A stretch of 64,000 nt of DNA from Candidatus Acidiferrales bacterium (GCA_050747085.1 JBOGNK010000175.1:1229-65228); one strand, 5' to 3'. Shown: positions 25,455 through 35,826, counted from the stretch's first letter. Numbers and translations: made by a program. Notes: generated by a model not told the origin, from the letters alone.

Positions 25455-25768
25455 ATTTGATCCTATACCGCTGATAAGAAGGACAGCACAACCAGCCCGC
25501 CATTGTCACTGGGACTGATGCTCTACCTGCCACGACCCCATCACAGAATCTAGCCCAAGGCTCTGCGTATTTCAATCGAAAACACAGTGTCGCTGGCCGA
25601 GGCAACGGCGAAGGTGCGCGTTCGTGGCTCCGGAAAGGTTCCGTGTCAAGGTTACATCGCACATTGAAGAGAAATGCGAGGGAAATCTGGGGTTCGAGGG
25701 TCTGCAGCGGCTCAGAAGTCTGGGGTAAATAAATGGGCATAGGCATTACCCGCTTCTGCGGCCCATAG

Positions 25769-26893
25769 CTACAGGTTGAGGTGGTTGTAATGGTCGTCGA
25801 CCGAGGATTCACGACTGGCAGATGTCTTGACCTGCGTTTGGCCACGCGGGCTGGTCCAGCGGCCTGGGATAGCGAGGCCGCAGTTCGGGCAGCATCCGTT
25901 CTTCAAACGATTCTGTTCGACATCGTGCCACGAACGGCGAATCAGCAGCGTGCGGCATGACGGGCATGACGTGTGCGCGCCGTCGCTGAAGATGTTTCCT
26001 TCATAGACGTAATGCAGCCCTGCTTCCAGCGCGATTTTCCGCGCGGCGTGCAGAGTTTCCGGTGGCGTGCGCGGCTTATCCTGCAGCTTGAAATCCGGAT
26101 GAAACGCGGTGAAGTGCAGGGGTACGTCCGGGCCTAAATGTTCGAGCACCCATTCCGACAATCGGCGCGTTTCTTCACTGGCATCGTTCAACGTCGGAAT
26201 CATCAGATTCGTCATTTCGAACCAGACGTTTGTTTCCTTCTTCAGCCATTCGAGAGTATCCAGCACGGGCTGCAAATGAGTCAGTGTAATTTTGCCGTAA
26301 AACTTCTCAGTGAACGCTTTCAGATCGATGTTCGCGGCGTCGATGTGGTCGAAAACGTCGTGGAACGCGTCGTACGTGATGTAGCCGTTCGACACCATCA
26401 CCGTATTCAGGCCGGCTTCTTTTGCCGCAGCGCAAATATCGATCACATATTCTCCCCAAATGGTCGGCTCGTTGTAGGTGAACGCGATCGAAGGGCACCC
26501 ATTGCGCTTTGCCAGCGAGACGACGTCTTCGGGCGAAATATAGGTTGAGTGAACCTGGTCGGAGTGTGACTTAGAGATATCCCAGTTCTGACAGAAAAAA
26601 CATCCCATGTTGCATCCCGCTGTGCCCATGGAAAAGATGCGCGTGCCCGGAAGGAAATGGTTGAGCGGCTTCTTCTCGATCGGATCGATCTGCAGCGCAG
26701 CCGGACGCGCGTAGCCGACGCTGTACAGCTTCCCGCCTTGGTTTACACGGATGAAGCAGAATCCCGCTTGGCCCTGCCCGATATGACAGTGCCGCGGACA
26801 CAAATAGCAATGCACTTTCCGATTTGGCTCAGGGTCCCACCAACGCGCTTCATGCAGCTCCGGCGCCGGTTCGAGTATTTTCAGGTCTGCCAT
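25769..26893 (-). CDS. amrS: AmmeMemoRadiSam-system radical SAM enzyme (PFL-activase-like)
   Basis: CYLCPRHCHI...GFCFIR N-terminal Cys cluster, GTAGCNMGCFFCQNWDIS rSAM cluster, C-terminal CPSC...CPNC ribbon. Confidence 0.85.
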   Translation of the reverse strand: MADLKILEPAPELHEARWWDPEPNRKVHCYLCPRHCHIGQGQAGFCFIRVNQGGKLYSVGYARPAALQIDPIEKKPLNHFLPGTRIFSMGTAGCNMGCFFCQNWDISKSHSDQVHSTYISPEDVVSLAKRNGCPSIAFTYNEPTIWGEYVIDICAAAKEAGLNTVMVSNGYITYDAFHDVFDHIDAANIDLKAFTEKFYGKITLTHLQPVLDTLEWLKKETNVWFEMTNLMIPTLNDASEETRRLSEWVLEHLGPDVPLHFTAFHPDFKLQDKPRTPPETLHAARKIALEAGLHYVYEGNIFSDGAHTSCPSCRTLLIRRSWHDVEQNRLKNGCCPNCGLAIPGRWTSPRGQTQVKTSASRESSVDDHYNHLNL

Positions 26894-26952
26894 GTCCGTG
26901 CGAGTGTCTTGATTATAACGCGGCGCGGGACCAGGCGCAGAACCAGCAGTCG

Positions 26953-27366
26953 TTATCCGGCTAGAGGCTCCGGCACCAGCGTGAACTTGGGCTCAACGAG
27001 GCCAAGGATGATATAGGCGTGCGCCATGTTTCGAACTACGTGCAGATTCGGACGCGTATCCTCCCCCTGTGAGGCAAAGATGCGGAACGTGCCGAAAACG
27101 TGCGTCCCCGGCGCAACGATCACGCGCAGCCGAGACGAGTCGGCATCGATGGGCGGTTCCCACGCGAGCGCACGTACGATTCCCGCACTGACGTCGAACG
27201 AAGTTACGCCGGAGAAATCCACGATCGAGCCGCGGAATTGCAACGACGCGAATTCTCGGCGACCACCGCCGCGAAAGAATTCTGCGAATAGCTCATCTGT
27301 CACGGGCCCCGTGAAGCGAGCTAACACAATGCCGTTATCCGAGTCCAAGTAGAAGGAATAAGGCAT
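26953..27366 (-). CDS. Hypothetical protein (STAS-like fold possible)
   Basis: ORF with no recognisable motif. Start moved to ATG 27366 (MPYSFYLD). Confidence 0.35.
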   Translation of the reverse strand: MPYSFYLDSDNGIVLARFTGPVTDELFAEFFRGGGRREFASLQFRGSIVDFSGVTSFDVSAGIVRALAWEPPIDADSSRLRVIVAPGTHVFGTFRIFASQGEDTRPNLHVVRNMAHAYIILGLVEPKFTLVPEPLAG

Positions 27367-27548
27367 GTAATTGCGAATTGCGGTGATTCTTAACAGGTTT
27401 CGAGCCGATGTCAATCCCGTACCAACTCGAATAGTAGACAATGTGCTTACGAATCGTTGGCCTGGTCTCAGAGCCTGCCGCCTCGATAAACGATTGAAAA
27501 CGTGCCGATTCAGGCGTATGACTTACCGAACCATACGCGGGGGTACCG

Positions 27549-30011
27549 ATGGCGAACTTTATGCAAGACGTGCGGTTCGGGCTTCGGATGCTTGTCAAGT
27601 CGCCAGGATTCACCGCCGTCGCGGTGCTTTCGCTGGGACTCGGCATCGGCGCCAACACCACAATTTTCACGCTGGTGAAAGCAATCTTTCTCCACGGCGT
27701 GCCCATCGAAGATCCCGGAAGCGTAGTTGCGCTTTACTCCACCGCACAAAGCCGCAAGGGGCCGGAGCAGCAGTTCCTGCCCACTCCTTATATGAACGCA
27801 GTCGACTACCGCCAGCAGGCCTCGAGTGTCTTTTCAGGCGCGGCAATAGTGATTCAAGACGGAATGAACTTGACGATCGGCGGCGGCAAGCCCGAACAAC
27901 AATCCGTTGAACTCGTGAACGCCAACTTTTTCGATCTCCTTGGAGTGCATCCGTTTCTGGGCCGCGGCTTTTCGCCGGAGGAAGAGAACTCGCCGCGGCC
28001 GGTTGCCGTGCTGAGCTACACGCTGTGGAACGCTCGCTTTGGCGCCGATCGCGGTGTGCTGGGAAAGACGATCCGGCTGGACGATCAGGAATATGCAGTG
28101 ATCGGAGTGATGCCCCGAAAATTCGATGCGGTCGGAAATCTGAATAGCCCGGACCTTTGGATCCCTCTTTCGATGCGCGACCAGGCATTGACTGGAGTGT
28201 TCAAGGGTTTCCTGTACGACCGCGCCTTCCGCGTGGCCACCATGGTTGCCCGGCTCAAGCCCGGCGTTACGGCACGTCAGGCGCAAGTTGCCGTCCACGA
28301 TATCGGTCTGCAGCTGGAAAAAGCATATCCGAAGCAAAATGGCGGCCGGAACGAGATGGTGATTCCCATCACTGAAACGACGATCCCTCCGCAGTTCCAT
28401 AGCGTCTTCGTGCTGGCCGGCGGGATGATGATGCTGATCGTCGGGCTGGTGCTGTTGATCGCCTGCGCAAACGTCGCGAACCTGCTCCTCGCGCGTGCGA
28501 CGAAGCGGCAGCGGGAAGTTGCCGTCAGGCTCGCGCTAGGAGCTTCGCGCTTGCGGTTGATCCGGCAACTGCTCACCGAGAGCTTCTTGCTGGCTCTCCT
28601 GGCTGGCGCGCTGGGAGTGCTCGCGGCCTTCTGGGCGAAATCGGTTCTCGTATCGTTCCTGCCTGCGGACGTAGTTGCCCATCTCGATTTCAGCATAGAC
28701 ACGCGCGTCCTTCTCTACACGCTGGGGATGGCCGTTATCGCAACACTGCTCTTTGGGCTCGTTCCCGCGCTACAGGCCTCGCGAACGGATCGCATGGCTG
28801 CGTTAAAAGACCGCACGGGCGCTCCCACAGGCAGTTCTCGCTGGTACGGCTTGCGCGGTGCGCTCGTAATGGTACAGGTTGCGTTGTCGCTGGTCGCGCT
28901 GGTGGGCGCGGGCCTGTTCATCCACAGCCTGAGCAATGCGCAAAAGATTGATCCGGGATTCGAAGTGAAGCACGAGCTGGTGACATCGATCGATCTTGCA
29001 CCCGAGCACTACCAGCAACCGCAAGCCGAAAATTTCTACCGCGACGTTGCGCAGCGTCTCGATACGCTGCCAATGGTTGCAGCGGCCAGCCTTTCCGACA
29101 CGGCTCCTTTCTCGGGATCGCTCCAGCGCACGACGTTTACAGACGGGGTCGACGCGACCGATCCGCGGAATGGCAAACTCACGCCCGTCGAAGCGATTGC
29201 GCCGGGATTTTTCGACGCAGCCGGTATTTCGCTGCTGCGCGGCCGCACGTTTACAGATCAGGACGGCGCCACAACGCAGGATGTCGCCATAGTGAACCAG
29301 GCGGCGGCGGACACGTTCTGGCCGGGCGAGGACCCGATTGGGAAGCGCCTGCATTTCCTCGGCGAGACGTGGGTGGTAAATGTCGTCGGCGAGGTGAAAA
29401 CGACAAAGTACATTTCCGTCGGCGAACCCCCACAGCCCGCGATCTATTTCCCCCTCAAGCAACACTATTCACCGGCTGTGACGCTGTACGTCCGAACGAA
29501 AGGCGATCCGACGCAGGCGATGGCCAGCGTTCGAAACACCGTGCACTCGATGATTCCGGCCGTGCCGTTGCTGCGCGTCGAAACGATGGGCCAGTTGCTT
29601 GTGGAATCGCTGACCGCTCCCAAAATGGGCGCAGACCTGCTTGGCGCCTTCGGACTGATCGCTCTCGTGCTGGCCGCAATCGGAACGTACGGTGTTATGT
29701 CGTATTCCGTGAATCAGCGCTCGCAGGAAATCGGAATCCGCATCACTCTAGGCGCGCAACCGCGAGACGTAGTGCGCTTGATCCTCGGCAGCGGTATGGC
29801 GATGGTCGCCGTCGGAATAGCGTTTGGGCTCGGCTTTTCCGTGTTGCTGGCGCGAGGTATGAATCGGCTGTTGTACGGCATCGGATCGTTTGACGCGCCA
29901 AGCTTCCTGATCACGGCAGCGATCCTGGTGCTGGTGGCGCTGGCGGCATGCTACGTGCCCGCCCGGCGTGCGATGCGCGTCGACCCGATTATCGCGCTGC
30001 GGTACGAGTAG
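27549..30011 (+). CDS. ADOP-family MacB-like permease (third paralog, no prefix domain)
   Basis: MANFMQDVRFGLRMLVKSPGFTAVAVLSLGLGIGANTTIF..., ending VDPIIALRYE. Confidence 0.9.
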   Translation: MANFMQDVRFGLRMLVKSPGFTAVAVLSLGLGIGANTTIFTLVKAIFLHGVPIEDPGSVVALYSTAQSRKGPEQQFLPTPYMNAVDYRQQASSVFSGAAIVIQDGMNLTIGGGKPEQQSVELVNANFFDLLGVHPFLGRGFSPEEENSPRPVAVLSYTLWNARFGADRGVLGKTIRLDDQEYAVIGVMPRKFDAVGNLNSPDLWIPLSMRDQALTGVFKGFLYDRAFRVATMVARLKPGVTARQAQVAVHDIGLQLEKAYPKQNGGRNEMVIPITETTIPPQFHSVFVLAGGMMMLIVGLVLLIACANVANLLLARATKRQREVAVRLALGASRLRLIRQLLTESFLLALLAGALGVLAAFWAKSVLVSFLPADVVAHLDFSIDTRVLLYTLGMAVIATLLFGLVPALQASRTDRMAALKDRTGAPTGSSRWYGLRGALVMVQVALSLVALVGAGLFIHSLSNAQKIDPGFEVKHELVTSIDLAPEHYQQPQAENFYRDVAQRLDTLPMVAAASLSDTAPFSGSLQRTTFTDGVDATDPRNGKLTPVEAIAPGFFDAAGISLLRGRTFTDQDGATTQDVAIVNQAAADTFWPGEDPIGKRLHFLGETWVVNVVGEVKTTKYISVGEPPQPAIYFPLKQHYSPAVTLYVRTKGDPTQAMASVRNTVHSMIPAVPLLRVETMGQLLVESLTAPKMGADLLGAFGLIALVLAAIGTYGVMSYSVNQRSQEIGIRITLGAQPRDVVRLILGSGMAMVAVGIAFGLGFSVLLARGMNRLLYGIGSFDAPSFLITAAILVLVALAACYVPARRAMRVDPIIALRYE

Positions 30012-30053
30012 CAGACGCAACCACGTCTTGCACCCACGGACGAAGTTCTAAGC

Positions 30054-30467
30054 ATGGACATCGACTGGCTCCGCGAGCTTTGTCTCTCGCTCGCGCATGT
30101 GACCGAGCAAATCCAATGGGGCGACAACGTCGTCTTCAAGGTAGGCGGGAAGATTTTTGCGGTCGCGCCGTTTGAACCTGCCCAATACTGCCTCTCGTTC
30201 AAATGTTCAAATGAAGACTTTGCGGAATTGATCGAGCGCCCCGGAATCGTTCCCGCGCCCTATTTGGCCCGGGCGCAGTGGGTGGCACTGGAATCGGACT
30301 ATCCACGCGATCACGCGGAACTCGCGGGCTGGCTGCGCAAAGCTCACAGCCTGGTTTTCGCGAAACTTCCCAAGACGCTTCAAACGAAGCTCGCTCGCAG
30401 TGACGCGCAGCCGCGGCGGCGAAAGCGGTCGCAGGTGCGAAAACGAAAACGTCGGGCGAAAAGGTAA
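30054..30467 (+). CDS. MmcQ/YjbR-family DNA-binding protein with a Lys/Arg-rich tail
   Basis: LRELCLSLAHVTEQIQWGDNVVFKVGGKIFAV is the YjbR-family pattern. Confidence 0.7.
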   Translation: MDIDWLRELCLSLAHVTEQIQWGDNVVFKVGGKIFAVAPFEPAQYCLSFKCSNEDFAELIERPGIVPAPYLARAQWVALESDYPRDHAELAGWLRKAHSLVFAKLPKTLQTKLARSDAQPRRRKRSQVRKRKRRAKR

Positions 30468-30510
30468 GTTCCAAACAAAGCAAAGAGGTTGATGTTGCGG
30501 TATATCAGCG

Positions 30511-31338
30511 CTAGAGCGAAACGCCCCAGATATTCATTCCCGTATCGAGCAGGAAGATTCCGGCTTGATCCGCGCGCGCGCCCATGTCACCGACCCAAAT
30601 CACCCGAAACCGCGCCGACTTCCATCCTCGTTTCACTTCGATCACTTCTCCCGGCCAGGTCAGGAAACCCACACCATCCAGCCGTGCACCATTTTTGCTG
30701 ATATCCAAGGCCATCGCCGTCTGTGAATATTTCTGGCCCTTTCGATCCGTACCGCGCACCGTAACCTTAACCGGTTTCAAAATTCGGACTTCGTGCCGGT
30801 CAATTTTCCAGAAGCTCGGCGCCTGTTTCTTGAACGCGAACCCAACGCGCAGCTTGCCTTCGAACTCCGGACCAACGTATGCAACGCGGCACTCCTGCTC
30901 CTCGTTTGTGGTTTGATTGACGACGAAGATCGCGTCGCCGACGTTCACCTTCGCGGCCAGGGTAATCAGGCCACCGCTGGCGTTCACTAACAGCGTTGTC
31001 GTGCTTTCGTGGAACGAGATTTCGTTCCGCGACCACCCGTACGCCATCACCGGAATGTGAATCGAAATGCGCGCGCTCGAACGCGGCTTCGCTTGCTCCC
31101 TGACTGGCAATTCATCGACGGCAACACCAGCCGCACCCGCGCGCCGAGGCGCCCCAGCGGTTCGGGCGTTCTCATTACCCGAAAGCGGCACCTCGCACTG
31201 CACGCCGTGGACCGGGCACTCGAAATCCCAGGGCTTCTCGAGAATTTGCGCGAGCGTCTCGTCGCGCTCCTGCAGCAGCACCGTGCGGTCCCCATCGCCG
31301 TACGGACACCGCAGCCGGATGACAAAATCCTTGGGCAT
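30511..31338 (-). CDS. Tandem PilZ-domain c-di-GMP receptor
   Basis: Two canonical motif pairs: RSSAR...NASGGL and RHEVR...DISKNG (RxxxR plus D/NxSxxG). Confidence 0.8.
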   Translation of the reverse strand: MPKDFVIRLRCPYGDGDRTVLLQERDETLAQILEKPWDFECPVHGVQCEVPLSGNENARTAGAPRRAGAAGVAVDELPVREQAKPRSSARISIHIPVMAYGWSRNEISFHESTTTLLVNASGGLITLAAKVNVGDAIFVVNQTTNEEQECRVAYVGPEFEGKLRVGFAFKKQAPSFWKIDRHEVRILKPVKVTVRGTDRKGQKYSQTAMALDISKNGARLDGVGFLTWPGEVIEVKRGWKSARFRVIWVGDMGARADQAGIFLLDTGMNIWGVSL

Positions 31339-31479
31339 TTACCTGACCCCTCTTCATGCCAGATTACGCTCAGAAGAAACGGGCAGCGCAGGCCCCTCGA
31401 CACCGTGTCCCTTGAGAGTAATCAGTAGCCGCCACGGGGTTGCCGGTGCAGGCAAGTTCGGTATACGCTGAAAGTTCGT

Positions 31480-32676
31480 ATGAACGGACACCGGGCGCCA
31501 TTCGCAACTGTAGAAGAGGCTATCGACGAAATTCGCCGCGGGCGAATGATCGTCCTGGTGGACGACGAAGACCGCGAAAATGAAGGCGATCTCGCCTTGG
31601 CGGGCGAGAAAATTACCCCGGAAACGATCAATTTTATGACGAAGTTTGGCCGGGGCCTGATTTGTCTGGCCATGACAGAGGCGCGTTGCGACGCGCTCGA
31701 TTTGAAACCGATTTCGCCGCGGAACACTTCTCTCTTCGGCACGCCATTTTGCGAGCCGATTGACGCTCGGCGCGGCACAACGACGGGGGTGAGCGCGGCT
31801 GACCGGGCAACTACCATCCTCACGGCGATCGATCCGAACACGCGTCCGGAGGATCTGGCGCGTCCCGGCCACGTGCACACGCTGCGGGCGCGCAGCGGAG
31901 GCGTTCTGGTACGCGCAGGACAGACTGAAGCGTGCGTCGATCTCGCGCGCATGGCTGGCCTCGATCCTTCCGGCGTCATCTGCGAAATAATGAACGAAGA
32001 CGGCACTATGGCGCGTGTTCCGCAATTGACGCCATTCTGCATCGAGCACGGTCTGAAGCTTGTAACGGTGGCGGACTTGATTCGTTACCGCATGCAGCAC
32101 GAGCGCTACGTGCGGCGAATCGCGGAATCCGTTTTGCCGACGCGGCACGGCAATTTCCGCATGATCGCGTACTCGAGCGAGGTGGACAACGAACTGCACG
32201 TCGCGCTAGTGCGGGGTGACGTCAGCGAGAGCGGCGACGCGCGTCCTTCCAAAGAGCCCCTGGTGCGTCTGCATTCCCACTGCCTGTCGGGAGACATGTT
32301 CGGCTCGACGTCGTGCGACTGCCACGAGATGATCGAGTTGGCTCTACGCGCCATTGCGAACGAGGATCGCGGAGTTTTCGTATATCTGCACCACACCGGC
32401 CGCGGATTTCATATTGACCCGCGCGAACCCGAAACCGACGCGCTCCCCCGCATTCGGTATCATTCGCGGGGCGAGGTGGATCAGGATCTCAGAGTCCAGC
32501 GAAAAGCGCAGCGCGAGAGCGGCATCGGCGCACAGATCCTGATCGACCTGGGGCTGCGGCGAATCCGCGTGATGACGAATCACCCGCGAAAGATTGTCGC
32601 ACTCGAAGGTTACGGCCTGGAAATCACCGAGCAGGTGCCGTTGAGCGGCAAGCGGCTGGATCATCAGCTACTCTGA
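31480..32676 (+). CDS. ribBA: Bifunctional 3,4-dihydroxy-2-butanone-4-phosphate synthase / GTP cyclohydrolase II
   Basis: GRMIVLVDDEDRENEGDL, GLICLAM, RPGHV (RibB half); VRLHSHCLSGDMFGSTSCDC (RibA half). Confidence 0.95.
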   Translation: MNGHRAPFATVEEAIDEIRRGRMIVLVDDEDRENEGDLALAGEKITPETINFMTKFGRGLICLAMTEARCDALDLKPISPRNTSLFGTPFCEPIDARRGTTTGVSAADRATTILTAIDPNTRPEDLARPGHVHTLRARSGGVLVRAGQTEACVDLARMAGLDPSGVICEIMNEDGTMARVPQLTPFCIEHGLKLVTVADLIRYRMQHERYVRRIAESVLPTRHGNFRMIAYSSEVDNELHVALVRGDVSESGDARPSKEPLVRLHSHCLSGDMFGSTSCDCHEMIELALRAIANEDRGVFVYLHHTGRGFHIDPREPETDALPRIRYHSRGEVDQDLRVQRKAQRESGIGAQILIDLGLRRIRVMTNHPRKIVALEGYGLEITEQVPLSGKRLDHQLL

Positions 32677-32753
32677 AGCGCAACCAATGGATCTAGAGCA
32701 AAATTTGAAATTCAACACTCGTAACTCGCCAGGACAGTTCTAAACAAAAGCCG

Positions 32754-33230
32754 ATGTTCACAGAGCCCGAACCGCACCCCAAGCCTCCGGAACCCCGTCG
32801 CGATCTGCCCCACAGAATCTTTCGGTACACGTGGATCGCTGTCGTGATTGCCGCCATCTATGCTGTGGCCGTGTTCGCCTATCGCTGGCAGCAGAACTCC
32901 GATTATCAGGCTCGAGCGAAGGTACAAGCCGGCGCCGCGCAGCGCGAGGAAGATCAGCGATCGCTCGATACGCTGGGAGGGGATCAGTTCAAGATCGTCA
33001 GCTTCTACGCCACGCCGGGCGCGATTCACCGGGGCGATAACGTTCAAATGTGCTACGGCGTCGCTAACGCGCAAAGTGTCACGATTCAGCCCGATACGGG
33101 GCGCCCGACATGGCCGTCCCTGACCCGATGTATCGAGATCGCCCCAAAAAAAAGCACCACATACGTCCTCACAGCTAAGGATGCGCACGGCAAAACACAA
33201 ACCGCCTCGCTGACAATCGAGGTCCATTGA
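32754..33230 (+). CDS. Hypothetical membrane-anchored protein with a small beta-sandwich-like domain
   Basis: TM segment WIAVVIAAIYAVAVFAY. No catalytic motif. Confidence 0.4.
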   Translation: MFTEPEPHPKPPEPRRDLPHRIFRYTWIAVVIAAIYAVAVFAYRWQQNSDYQARAKVQAGAAQREEDQRSLDTLGGDQFKIVSFYATPGAIHRGDNVQMCYGVANAQSVTIQPDTGRPTWPSLTRCIEIAPKKSTTYVLTAKDAHGKTQTASLTIEVH

Positions 33231-33344
33231 AGATCCGAGTGGATACGCGGCGGCGTCCGACAGGGGGTCATTTACCTGACCCGCACCAGGACGACTGTTT
33301 GCGGCTGCTGCGAAATCTTTTATACTGATAGGTAGCCTCACACC

Positions 33345-33863
33345 GTGACTGATATGTCGGCCGACCCGAAGTTACAACCCGAGATGACGGACCTAGCTGA
33401 GCGGATTAAAAAGAAGCTAAAGGACGAGATCGCTGCTTTGGAGCACGAACTCCATGACGAACTGCCAAAAGAAATCAAAGTGGCGCGCGCGCATGGCGAT
33501 CTTTCCGAAAACGCAGAGTACAAATATGCCAAGGAGCGCCAAGCCTACGTCTCGGCCCGGCTGGGACAGCTCCATAAACGTATGGCGGACATTTCCTTGA
33601 TGAACCTCGGCAATCTGCCCAAAGATCGGGCGGCTTATGGCTCCCGCATCGTCGTACTTGACGTTGCGAAAGACGCGAAAATCGAATATAAGCTCGTTAC
33701 GATTGAGGAAGCTGACGCGGCCAAAGGACTTATCTCCACAAGTTCGCCCATCGGCCGCGCGCTTTTGGGCAAGAAGGTTGGCGACGAGGTTCAAGTTGCG
33801 ACCCCAGCCGGAGTGAAAGAATACGAAGTGGTTCGGTTGACCACCATCCACGATGAAGCTTGA
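33345..33863 (+). CDS. greA: Transcription elongation factor GreA
   Basis: AHGDLSENAEYKYAKERQAYVSARLGQL coiled-coil signature, and C-terminal SPIGRALLGKKVGDEV. Confidence 0.9.
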   Translation: MTDMSADPKLQPEMTDLAERIKKKLKDEIAALEHELHDELPKEIKVARAHGDLSENAEYKYAKERQAYVSARLGQLHKRMADISLMNLGNLPKDRAAYGSRIVVLDVAKDAKIEYKLVTIEEADAAKGLISTSSPIGRALLGKKVGDEVQVATPAGVKEYEVVRLTTIHDEA

Positions 33864-33881
33864 CAGGGGTCACCTGCTCCC

Positions 33882-34598
33882 ATGTTGACGCGGACGATCG
33901 GCCGGTACCTCTCCTGGCCTATCGGAAAAATTGCATCCATTATCGCCGCCACCGGCGTCCCGCCGAACCTCATCACATGGTTAGGCCTCGTCCTCAATCT
34001 GTGGGCGAGTGTGCTTTTCGCCACGGGAAGATTTGCGGCCGCCGCAGGCCTGATGATTCTGGCCGGATCGTGCGACTTGCTCGACGGTCCCGTTGCCCGC
34101 AATCAAAACCGCGTTTCGAAGTTCGGTGGTTTCCTAGAATCCATTGTCGACCGCTATGCCGACCTGATGCTCTTTCTCGGGCTTCTCGTTTATTTCGTTC
34201 GCGTAAACCGCTTTTCATACGCAATCGTCACCGGCGTCGCTATGGCGGGCGCCGTGATGGTGGCCTATGCGAAAGCGCGCGCTGCGTCGCTGGTGCCGGT
34301 GGAGGATGTGGGATTCTGGGACCGGCCGGAACGGCTCGTCCTTATGATCGTTGGCGGTCTCGTCAACCAAATGGGGCTGGCGCTGTGGATTCTGGCGATT
34401 GGACCTAACATTACCGTGATCCATCGCATCGTGCACACATGGAGCCAGACGGAAGGTAGCGGTCGCAAGGCGGCGGTCGCCGCCCCCGCGAACGTTGAAA
34501 CCCGCACAGCAGCCCCCGTACACCTCACTACACGTTTATCTAACGATCCGCCACCCGAAGGACGAGCCCTAACGCGTTCTGCAGGAAGAGGCAGTTGA
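33882..34598 (+). CDS. CDP-alcohol phosphatidyltransferase family protein
   Basis: DLLDGPVARNQNRVSKFGGFLESIVDRYAD follows DGxxARx8Gx3(D/E)x3D. Multiple TM segments. Confidence 0.8.
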   Translation: MLTRTIGRYLSWPIGKIASIIAATGVPPNLITWLGLVLNLWASVLFATGRFAAAAGLMILAGSCDLLDGPVARNQNRVSKFGGFLESIVDRYADLMLFLGLLVYFVRVNRFSYAIVTGVAMAGAVMVAYAKARAASLVPVEDVGFWDRPERLVLMIVGGLVNQMGLALWILAIGPNITVIHRIVHTWSQTEGSGRKAAVAAPANVETRTAAPVHLTTRLSNDPPPEGRALTRSAGRGS

Positions 34599-34599
34599 G

Positions 34600-34872
34600 A
34601 TGCCCAAATTGCTGGTCGTAATTGGGATACTCATCGTTTGTGCCGGCTTGGATCTTCTCTGGCAACTGCGCCGCGAATTTCGTTTTTGGGACCTGAATAT
34701 CTTCCGCGCTATGCTGGGATTTGGAATCCCTGAACGCGCTCTTCCGACCGAGGAAGTTGCACGGCGCCGCCAAAACGCGTTACAACTTTTGCTCGGGATG
34801 GCACTTGCTCTCGTGCTCGGTCCTGCCCTGATCGCGATTGGCGCTACTGTGATATCCCACGTTCATCTCTGA
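34600..34872 (+). CDS. Small two-TM membrane protein, hypothetical
   Basis: 90-aa ORF starting 2 nt after the upstream stop, with two hydrophobic helices. Confidence 0.35.
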   Translation: MPKLLVVIGILIVCAGLDLLWQLRREFRFWDLNIFRAMLGFGIPERALPTEEVARRRQNALQLLLGMALALVLGPALIAIGATVISHVHL

Positions 34873-34878
34873 CCTGCC

Positions 34879-35826
34879 TTGCGACCTTCACTCATCGTTC
34901 ACGGCGGAGCGTGGGCAATTCCGAACCAGAGTTTTGCCGCCTGCCAGAACGGAATTCGCAATTCGCTAGAGGCCGGCTGGAAAATTCTCTCTGCCGGAGG
35001 CGGCGCCGGCGACGCGGTTGAAGCCGCTATCGTCGTCCTCGAAGAAGACCCTATATTTGACGCCGGGTACGGCTCGCACCTGACGCTGGATGGGCGAGTT
35101 CAGTTGGACGCCATCCTTATGGACGGCTCCACTCTGAAAGCTGGTGCGGTCGCCGCAGTCGAGCGCGTGCGCAATCCCATTCGGCTGGCACGCCGCATCC
35201 TCGAACAAAGCAAACACATCCTCTTTGTCGGCCAGGGAGCGGAGCAGTTTGCGCAGGAAAACGGCATGCTTCTCTGTGATCCCGCGGAATTGATTACGGA
35301 TCGGGAGCGCTATGCGTGGAAGCTGTGCCGTGCGGACTCACACGCTGCCGAAAACCACGCGAGCCATGCGCAAGGGACCGTGGGAGCCGTTGCCGTCGAT
35401 TCTCATGGTGGGATCTTCGCCGGCACGTCGACCGGTGGCACCTGCTGCAAGCACACAGGCCGAGTAGGAGACTCTCCGTTGATCGGCTGTGGCTGCTACG
35501 CTGACGCGGAATTCGGCGGCGTCTCCTGCACTGGAAATGGCGAAGGCATCATGAAAATTGTGATGGCCAAGATGGCAATCGATCTACTCGCGGAGCCGCC
35601 CGAGGCGCCATATCGTTTGCAGCCGCGTCCGGAGGGCGCGCAGCCCCAGTACAATCATGCGCAATTCGTTGCCGATGCCTGCATTCGCAAACTCGCGCAT
35701 CGCTCGCGCACGACCGGCGGCCTCATCCTCCTCGACCGGGAAGGCCGCTCCGCGGCTGCATTCAACACCCCGCACATGGCGCATGGCTTCGTGAAGCGTG
35801 ACGGCAGTTTCCATATTTCGCCGTGA
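34879..35826 (+). CDS. iaaA: Isoaspartyl peptidase / L-asparaginase (Ntn hydrolase)
   Basis: VHGGAW..., GYGS, HAQGTVGAVAVDSHGGIFAGTSTGG (autoprocessing Thr). TTG start. Confidence 0.85.
   Translation: MRPSLIVHGGAWAIPNQSFAACQNGIRNSLEAGWKILSAGGGAGDAVEAAIVVLEEDPIFDAGYGSHLTLDGRVQLDAILMDGSTLKAGAVAAVERVRNPIRLARRILEQSKHILFVGQGAEQFAQENGMLLCDPAELITDRERYAWKLCRADSHAAENHASHAQGTVGAVAVDSHGGIFAGTSTGGTCCKHTGRVGDSPLIGCGCYADAEFGGVSCTGNGEGIMKIVMAKMAIDLLAEPPEAPYRLQPRPEGAQPQYNHAQFVADACIRKLAHRSRTTGGLILLDREGRSAAAFNTPHMAHGFVKRDGSFHISP

Noticed and set aside
31339-31479. Possible FMN riboswitch upstream of ribBA
   Set aside because: I could not find the conserved FMN-element core segments by eye. Only a covariance-model scan (RFN/FMN model) could settle this.
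31354-32199. 281-aa and 206-aa minus-strand ORFs over ribBA
   Set aside because: They are antisense to an unambiguous ribBA gene and have shadow-ORF composition.
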